Source of the DNA: Patescibacteria group bacterium UBA6017 | GTDB taxonomy: Bacteria > Patescibacteriota > Saccharimonadia > UBA4664 | Direction: 5' to 3' | NCBI GenBank assembly: GCA_002429485.1 | Contig: DIZX01000015.1 | Coordinates: 86,044-150,043 of the forward strand | DNA length: 64,000 bases | Position numbers and translations under genes: made by a program | Shown: positions 58,135 through 64,000 of the stretch, piece after piece | Numbering within the stretch: the first letter of the stretch is position 1 | Layout: the number at the start of each line of letters is the position of its first letter | Notes under the pieces: model-generated | The model's database searches: none | What the model was told of the DNA's origin: nothing | Seen by the model: the letters and a program-made list of their open reading frames with translations, nothing else

Positions 58135-58739
58135 CGTGGTACTGCTCCAGATTTTAAGGTTATAGCTGAACAATAATTACGGTCATAATTTGTCGGACCG
58201 CAGGCCACATTGGCCCCTGATCCCGTAGTAGTACCGTTATTCGAGGCCACCGTTAGTGTCAAATTCACCTCCGGCTTCAAAATGTTACCGGGCGGAACCA
58301 CCCCCGAGAACGCCGTTACCGAAACTATGCTCGAGGTAATCGCCTGGGGACTTGTACCGGGAACCACACAGTTGGGCGTTCCAAGCACTCTCGGCGAATT
58401 CGCCCGAGTCAGAACACCTACCAACGGAGTCAGAGGAAACGGATGAGCGACGTAATAGATAGTCTCCCCACCGCTGCTGGTATTAGTCAGGCACAAAGTG
58501 TTGGCAGCGCTCGGCAATACCCCATTCGAGGTTCGGACCGCCCGCACGAGCTCATCCATCGCCGTCCGGGCGTTATCCTCGGCAATATTAGCCGCTACGG
58601 CCTGATTATGTATATGAACCACATTAATAAACCCGATCACCACTATCATCAGCATAAAACTGAAGATTGCCATGGCCATCAACAGCTCAATGAGCGTAAA
58701 TCCTGCCTCGGTGTCTTTAACTTTGCTTGTTATGGGCAT
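58131..58739 (-). CDS. Type IV minor pilin (prepilin-type N-terminal methylation domain; PilW/PilV-like)
   Basis: 202 aa. Class III signal ...EAGFTLIELLMAMAIF. Confidence 0.65.
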   Translation of the reverse strand: MPITSKVKDTEAGFTLIELLMAMAIFSFMLMIVVIGFINVVHIHNQAVAANIAEDNARTAMDELVRAVRTSNGVLPSAANTLCLTNTSSGGETIYYVAHPFPLTPLVGVLTRANSPRVLGTPNCVVPGTSPQAITSSIVSVTAFSGVVPPGNILKPEVNLTLTVASNNGTTTGSGANVACGPTNYDRNYCSAITLKSGAVPR

Positions 58740-59344
58740 GTTACCCCCGGAAATTCCTTCGGATCAAAGCGCAGGTTCGTAAGCTTCGTTGCAATTCGGT
58801 TTGAAGCCGTACCACCGCCAAGCGCGGAAAATTGATATTTGAGAATAAAATCATAGGCACACTCCGGTGCGCCACCCGGGGTGACATAGATCTCCATCGT
58901 AGAAGTCGGCACATTGGCAGCCGCAGCACCCCCTGCTGCCGCGGGGCCGGCCTTTGGTACCCACTCGGTCGTACCGGGCACCGTAGTAACCAGCTCCATA
59001 TGGAAACACTGCCCGCTCGAACACGAACCAACCGCCGCGTTATCTATCCCCAGATAATTCGCACCGCTGCCGGCCCGAAACTCCGACCAAGTATGGTTAT
59101 CCCGGAAACTTCGCAGTGCCTCCACCTGACCCTGAGAGGCAATCGCCACCTGCGTGCGCTCCTTGGCCGTCTGCCCCGTCCGAAACGCCGCCATAGCCAC
59201 GACCGTCGAGCTGATCAACACCGCCGCCAAAATCGCCAACGCAAAGGTAACCTCCACGAGCGTATCACCCCGCGAATTATTCCAGTTTCTGGCAAATATC
59301 GACTTAAGCATAACTACCTTCAATATATCACGCGCGCAGCTCAC
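58730..59344 (-). CDS. Type IV minor pilin-like protein
   Basis: 204 aa. RGDTLVEVTFALAILAAVLI, a prepilin-like N-terminal helix. Confidence 0.55.
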   Translation of the reverse strand: MSCARDILKVVMLKSIFARNWNNSRGDTLVEVTFALAILAAVLISSTVVAMAAFRTGQTAKERTQVAIASQGQVEALRSFRDNHTWSEFRAGSGANYLGIDNAAVGSCSSGQCFHMELVTTVPGTTEWVPKAGPAAAGGAAAANVPTSTMEIYVTPGGAPECAYDFILKYQFSALGGGTASNRIATKLTNLRFDPKEFPGVTCP

Positions 59345-59345
59345 T

Positions 59346-60044
59346 CTAGTTCAACCTCCGTGCCAGACCGCTGGCATCGACACGGATATCGGCGGTATGG
59401 CCATCAAGATCCTTCAGGGTCAGGTTAAGTGTCCCGTTGACGCACGTGGCATTCTCGAATGATTGTCGCGCAGTATTTTGAAACGCATTTGCCGATGACT
59501 TTATGGCTGCCGGGCATACGTCCAACAATCCCGAGCTCGTCCTCACAAACAGCATCCCACTGACCTGACCCACACTTGCGGCCGGAGCGCTTACCTGGAC
59601 CCCCGCAGGCAATCCTATCGCTTGGCTGGTAAAGACGCATGCGGCCGGCGGCGGTGATCCCGGCAGCCCCGGAATCGCCTTATAGGAATCAATCGTGAAT
59701 ACGACGCTGGCTCCGGTACTGTCGACCGTCCATGATGTCCCCGCAAACACGACCGGATTCGCAACCGATGGCCCCGGTCCTCCCGCGCATTTATCTACTC
59801 CAGTCCCGATCGTACCGAGGTTAGTCGAGTTCACCCCTGCCACCGCCTGCGTTTGGGCGCTCGAAACGCTCGACACCAGCTTCTCGATGTTCGAGTCGAA
59901 CTGCGCCCGACTCCGCAAAGCTCGCTGCCCAATAAACGCTATCGACGCCAGAGACGCGCTGATCGCCATCACCAAAATGATCTCTACCAGGGTAAATCCC
60001 GACTCACTCTTAAACGTGTGTATTCTAGCCATAAGTACTTTCAA
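59346..60044 (-). CDS. Type IV minor pilin (FimT/GspH-like)
   Basis: 232 aa. ...SESGFTLVEIILVMAI prepilin cleavage/methylation motif. Confidence 0.65.
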   Translation of the reverse strand: MKVLMARIHTFKSESGFTLVEIILVMAISASLASIAFIGQRALRSRAQFDSNIEKLVSSVSSAQTQAVAGVNSTNLGTIGTGVDKCAGGPGPSVANPVVFAGTSWTVDSTGASVVFTIDSYKAIPGLPGSPPPAACVFTSQAIGLPAGVQVSAPAASVGQVSGMLFVRTSSGLLDVCPAAIKSSANAFQNTARQSFENATCVNGTLNLTLKDLDGHTADIRVDASGLARRLN

Positions 60045-60077
60045 TATAGCACAGTCGCAGTCAATGGGGCTCGCCCG

Positions 60078-60905
60078 CTACAGGCCGTTTAGCCCCAAAT
60101 ACCACGCCACAATAGGCCTGGCAAACAAGAACGCCACCACCGTTCCGCCCACCAAATACGGCCCAAAGGGAATCAAATCCTTGCGACTCTTCAGTTTCGA
60201 CACCAGCAACACCACCCCAATCAGGGCTGCCGCATTAAACGCCACCAACAATCCCACGGCCGTTCCCTGTGCGCCCAGTATCAGACCCATCGCAAACGCC
60301 AGTTTCACGTCTCCCATGCCCATCGCTTTGCCCTTCGTCACAACCACAAGCAGCCCGAATGCCCCGCCGGCAAAGACCGCGGCCATCAGCGCTCCCAGCA
60401 ACACCTGGGGTGAGTGAGTCAGCCACGCCGTCACCGCCGAGTATATCAGTGCCACCGCCACTAGCGGCACGATGATCCTGTCCGGCAGGATCATCCAGCG
60501 AGCATCATATACCGCTAGCACCAACAGCAGCACGAGCAGCACGAGCCAAAAGCCCAGCTTCACGAAACCCAAGGAGCTTATTGGCAATATTACCGCCACC
60601 GACACCGCAAATGCGCCGGCTGTCACCAGCTCAGCCACCGGTGTGTCCTTAATCGCCGCCCGGCAGTATCGGCACTTGCCGCGTAGCACCATCCACGACA
60701 ATACCGGCACCAGATCGATTGCTGCCAGAGTATGCCCGCAATCAGAGCATACGCTCCGTCCCTTCGCCCAGCTTCGTTTCACTTTGAGCCGCCAGACTAT
60801 GGCATTGATCGCCGATCCGAACATCAGGCCGAATAATCCCCCGATCACCCCGTACGAAACCACCATCACCATTTGTGCATCATTAAACATAACCAGATTA
60901 TACAC
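60078..60905 (-). CDS. pilD: Prepilin peptidase (A24 family)
   Basis: 275 aa. Zinc-binding CSDCGH...CRYC tetracysteine and polytopic TM helices carrying two catalytic Asp. Confidence 0.85.
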   Translation of the reverse strand: MYNLVMFNDAQMVMVVSYGVIGGLFGLMFGSAINAIVWRLKVKRSWAKGRSVCSDCGHTLAAIDLVPVLSWMVLRGKCRYCRAAIKDTPVAELVTAGAFAVSVAVILPISSLGFVKLGFWLVLLVLLLVLAVYDARWMILPDRIIVPLVAVALIYSAVTAWLTHSPQVLLGALMAAVFAGGAFGLLVVVTKGKAMGMGDVKLAFAMGLILGAQGTAVGLLVAFNAAALIGVVLLVSKLKSRKDLIPFGPYLVGGTVVAFLFARPIVAWYLGLNGL

Positions 60906-60937
60906 AAAAAAAGAGGCCCGAAGGCCTCTTTTTTAAA
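60906..60937 (-). terminator. Bidirectional rho-independent terminator between pilA and pilD
   Basis: aaaaaaagaggcccgaaggcctcttttttaa. Confidence 0.8.
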
Positions 60938-60950
60938 GGTCGAACAAGTA

Positions 60951-61421
60951 TTACTTGTTGTCGCGGCAGATTACGCCCTGCTCAAGACCCATGTTCACAC
61001 TGTAACCGCGGCCGGCTGTGCCGTCGCAGAAGAGACCGTTGCGGTAACTGACCACACCGGTACCAGGTGTAGCAGTGTAGGCTACATAGCCGTAAGCGGC
61101 ACCCGTTGTCGGATCATTGAAGTTACCACCCGTAATGAAGGTGCTCCCCACGAATGCCGGCGTGGCACCGAGGAATGCCGGGGTTGCGGCGCAACCAGCC
61201 AAAGCGCCTGACCCTGGGTAGCAACCGTTGTAGTTACCGGCGAAGCTTTCGATCTGAGCAGCAATACGGCTCAGGTCGTTCTTGCGCTGAGTGTCACGAC
61301 GGCTCTTCTGGGCGCCCGAGACTGCCAGGAACACAATTACGAGCAGCAGGCCCGCGATGGCCAAGACGAGAACTATTTCTATAAGGGTAAAACCCTTCTC
61401 TTTCTTGAGTAGATTACTCAC
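60951..61421 (-). CDS. pilA: Type IV major pilin
   Basis: 156 aa. KGFTLIEIVLVLAIAGLL class III signal peptide, Glu at +5, C-terminal Cys pair. Confidence 0.8.
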   Translation of the reverse strand: MSNLLKKEKGFTLIEIVLVLAIAGLLLVIVFLAVSGAQKSRRDTQRKNDLSRIAAQIESFAGNYNGCYPGSGALAGCAATPAFLGATPAFVGSTFITGGNFNDPTTGAAYGYVAYTATPGTGVVSYRNGLFCDGTAGRGYSVNMGLEQGVICRDNK

Positions 61422-61511
61422 TATGTACTCACCTTTCGATTATTTTACGTTGAATTATTACAACTTGGATCTAGTATCCCGCTTATGCTATGGCGGTGTC
61501 AAATGATTTTC

Positions 61512-62738
61512 CTATTTCAGATTATCAATCCCGCCGCTGCCGACCAACGAATACACCGGCATCAATATTGCCGCAATCACACCGCCGACCGTCACGCCCA
61601 ACACCACCATCATAATCGGCTCGATTGTGGTTGAGATATTCTTCACTTCTTCATCAACTTCATTCTCGTAATAAGTCGCCACACGGTCCAGCATCGAGTC
61701 GATCGCGCCCGATTGCTCACCAATCCTGATCATCTGTGGCACCAGCGTCGTAAACGTCACTTCACCCTCCAGAGTACTCGACAGCGCTTTTCCGCCCCTC
61801 ACTCCCTCCATGGATTTTTCAAGAACCTTCTCCACGTGTACGTTATCGATGGCATTCTTCACGATCCTAAGAGCCTCCAGCATCGGAATACCGCTCTGGA
61901 GCATCGTGCCGAGGGTCCGCGAGAACCGCGCCATGTATACCTTGCGGTAAATCTTACCGAATATCGGCACATTCAACTTGAGATGGTCAGCCGCCGCCCG
62001 GCCATTTTCAGTCTTCACGTAATTTTTCACCGAATACCCGAGCCCACCCGCACCAAGGATGCACAGGTACCAATAATTGACGATAAAATTCGATATTGAC
62101 ATCAGAATCTGGGTCAGGAATGGCAGCGGCTTATGAAGGTCCTTGTACAATCCCCCCACTTGCGGCAGAACCGTTGTAAGCATAAATACCAGAACCAGCA
62201 TGATTACACCCAAGACGATCACCGGGTAAATTAGTGCGCTCCGGATCTTACCCACAATTGCCGCGTCTTTTTCTTGCTGGTCGGCAATCCGCTCGAGCGA
62301 CTTATCCAGCGATCCGGACGTCTCACCGGCAGCCACCAAACTTACGTAGATATCACTGAATACTTCGGGGTGCTTAGAGAATGACTGACTCAGGCTCGTC
62401 CCGGATTCCACGCTAGTCACTACTTCGGCCACAATACCGTTGAGAGTCTTATTAGTAATCTGGTCCGACACCGTATGGAGCGATTGTGTGAGCGGCAAAC
62501 CGGCGTTAATCAACGTCGACAGCTGGCGGGTAAAGATTACCCGATCTTTCGACCCCACCCTGTTGCCGATGCCGTTTTTGGCTAGAAACCCGACGGCGGC
62601 TTTCGACTTGATATCGATCGGAAACAAGCCCTGCGCCATGAGCAATTTTGCGGCTGCGCTTTCGTTTTCGGCCTGCACCTCAGCCTTGATGAGCTCGCCA
62701 CTCTCGGTTTTATGAGCAGTATAGTTAAAAGTTTGCAT
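61512..62738 (-). CDS. pilC: Type IV pilus assembly platform protein PilC (GspF family)
   Basis: 408 aa with two GspF-like repeats and 3 TM helices. Confidence 0.85.
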   Translation of the reverse strand: MQTFNYTAHKTESGELIKAEVQAENESAAAKLLMAQGLFPIDIKSKAAVGFLAKNGIGNRVGSKDRVIFTRQLSTLINAGLPLTQSLHTVSDQITNKTLNGIVAEVVTSVESGTSLSQSFSKHPEVFSDIYVSLVAAGETSGSLDKSLERIADQQEKDAAIVGKIRSALIYPVIVLGVIMLVLVFMLTTVLPQVGGLYKDLHKPLPFLTQILMSISNFIVNYWYLCILGAGGLGYSVKNYVKTENGRAAADHLKLNVPIFGKIYRKVYMARFSRTLGTMLQSGIPMLEALRIVKNAIDNVHVEKVLEKSMEGVRGGKALSSTLEGEVTFTTLVPQMIRIGEQSGAIDSMLDRVATYYENEVDEEVKNISTTIEPIMMVVLGVTVGGVIAAILMPVYSLVGSGGIDNLK

Positions 62739-62741
62739 ATT

Positions 62742-63815
62742 TTACCCGCGCATCAACCTTTCCATCTCGTCCAGATCGACGGCGAAGTTCTTGGCTTCAT
62801 CGTAGGTAATCTTGCCTTCTTGTACGAGCTGGATCAGCTGACGGTCCATGCTCTGCATCCCGTACTCTGCCCCGGTCTGGATGACCGCATCCAATTGATG
62901 CGTCTTGCCTTCGCGAATAATATTGCGAACAGCGCCGGTAGCCACCAGAATCTCTGCTGCCACCACGCGGCCGCCACCGATACCCGGTACCAAACGCTGG
63001 CTCACAATGCCTTGGAGCATACCCGCCAACTGCACCCGAATCTGCTGCTGTTGATGCGGCGGAAATACGTCGACCATCCGGTCGATCGATTGCGCGGCGC
63101 TATTGGTGTGGAGTGTCGCCAGCACCAGGTGTCCGGTTTCTGCAATCGTCACAGCCGCTGCAATCGTCTCCAGGTCTCGCATCTCACCGATCAGCACCAC
63201 GTCGGGATCTTGACGCAGGCTCGAACGCAGGGCCGCGGCGAAGGAGTAGGTATCATAATGAATTTCGCGCTGCACCACGATCGATTTTTTCGAACTGTGC
63301 GCGTACTCGATCGGATCTTCAATTGTGAGGATGTGCTTGCTTTGCTCGGTGTTTATCTTGTCTACCATAGCCGCCAGGGTAGTACTTTTGCCGGAACCCG
63401 TAGGACCGGTCACCAGCACCAACCCGCGTGGGAACTTGGTAAATTCCAGCAATACCTTGGGCATTACCAGATCCTCGAGAGTTCGGATTTTCGACGGAAT
63501 CAACCGCAGTGCCGCCGCCAAGTTGCCGCGCTCATGAAAAGCATTTACCCGGAAGCGCCCATAATTTCCAAAAGCAAACGAAAAGTCCACTTCCTTGTCT
63601 TTAAGGAGGATCTCTTTCTGGTCGTCATCCAAAATCGAAAATACTAACTTTTCGACATCAGCCGGCTCCAATTTTGGCGCCTCGTCGATAGCCTTTAAAC
63701 TACCGTCGACCCGCAGCATTGGCGGCAACCCGACCTGCAAGTGTAAGTCTGAAGCTTCAAACTTAATAACCTGCTCCAGCATTGTTTCGATTTTGAGCGC
63801 ACTTCTATCCAACAT
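62742..63815 (-). CDS. pilT: Type IV pilus retraction ATPase PilT
   Basis: 357 aa. Walker A GPTGSGKST, His box, GMLQG and AIRNLIREGK motifs typical of PilT. Confidence 0.88.
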   Translation of the reverse strand: MLDRSALKIETMLEQVIKFEASDLHLQVGLPPMLRVDGSLKAIDEAPKLEPADVEKLVFSILDDDQKEILLKDKEVDFSFAFGNYGRFRVNAFHERGNLAAALRLIPSKIRTLEDLVMPKVLLEFTKFPRGLVLVTGPTGSGKSTTLAAMVDKINTEQSKHILTIEDPIEYAHSSKKSIVVQREIHYDTYSFAAALRSSLRQDPDVVLIGEMRDLETIAAAVTIAETGHLVLATLHTNSAAQSIDRMVDVFPPHQQQQIRVQLAGMLQGIVSQRLVPGIGGGRVVAAEILVATGAVRNIIREGKTHQLDAVIQTGAEYGMQSMDRQLIQLVQEGKITYDEAKNFAVDLDEMERLMRG

Positions 63816-63877
63816 TCACCTCTACTGATATCACCATTAAAGCACAAGAAGGATGAGAATGCACACCGCAGACCATT

Positions 63878-64000
63878 CTAAAAATCAGCAGCGACTCGGG
63901 CAACTTCTTCCAGTGTCGTCAGCGCATTTAGGACCTTGAAGTAACCGTCCTGTTTCATTGTCAGCATGCCGTCTTTGGCTGCTTGAGTTTGAATATCGGT
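63878..64000 (-). CDS. pilB: Type IV pilus assembly ATPase PilB (GspE family), C-terminal fragment; gene continues beyond the window
   Basis: The C-terminal peptide ...KDGMLTMKQDGYFKVLNALTTLEEVARVAADF* is typical of PilB/GspE C-termini. Confidence 0.6.
   Translation of the reverse strand, partial: TDIQTQAAKDGMLTMKQDGYFKVLNALTTLEEVARVAADF

Overview
The window is gene-dense (~90% coding) with ~55% GC and looks like a small-genome bacterium. Many genes overlap by 1-4 nt (TAATG/ATGA-type coupling), and most genes lie on the minus strand. Features I can support:
- Ribosomal proteins: rpmI-rplT, rpmB, rplY.
- RNA genes: RNase P RNA (rnpB, type A) and eight tRNAs (Pro-GGG, Val-GAC, Val-CAC, Gly-CCC, Thr-CGT, Asp-GTC, Arg-CCT), all with encoded CCA.
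- Cell envelope: a murT-gatD peptidoglycan-amidation pair, several glycosyltransferase/phosphoglycosyl-transferase genes (GT4, WbaP-like, PglC-like, WecA/MraY-like, processive GT2 with a QxxRW motif), an O-antigen-ligase/TPR protein and uppP.
- Housekeeping: def, dut, miaA, thrS, nadD, gmk, nrdR, ndk, gdh, xerD and a DinB-type Y-family polymerase.
- A complete type IVa pilus cluster at the 3' end: pilB (partial), pilT, pilC, pilA, pilD, four minor pilins and a PilX-like protein.
The gene content (MurT/GatD, type IV pili, short overlapping genes, reduced metabolism) fits a CPR/Saccharibacteria-like epibiont with Gram-positive-type wall chemistry, but I cannot prove the taxonomy from sequence alone.
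The most interesting signals:
- (1) An actinobacterial-type proteasomal ATPase ARC/Mpa ends in the proteasome-docking GQYL motif. It sits alone beside tRNA-Val genes, with no pup/dop/pafA/prcAB nearby, and its GC and GC3 are clearly higher than its neighbours. This suggests horizontal acquisition, plausibly from an actinobacterial host.
- (2) A second GC3-rich orphan gene of unknown function lies in a tRNA-Arg-adjacent islet, together with tandem NTF2-like paralogs and an ABC-F ATPase.
- (3) An alkyltransferase-like (ATL, PWHRV) DNA-damage sensor is translationally coupled to a small sugar transferase and to miaA.
- (4) A secreted cutinase-like hydrolase carries a Pro-Thr linker.
- (5) Three tandem small membrane-protein paralogs sit with a PadR-like regulator in an AT-rich patch next to xerD and the pilus cluster.
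- (6) A ~165-bp element bounded by 13-bp inverted repeats lies downstream of the four-helix-bundle gene and may be a structured ncRNA or a MITE.
I found no CRISPR array, no rRNA and no obvious transposase.
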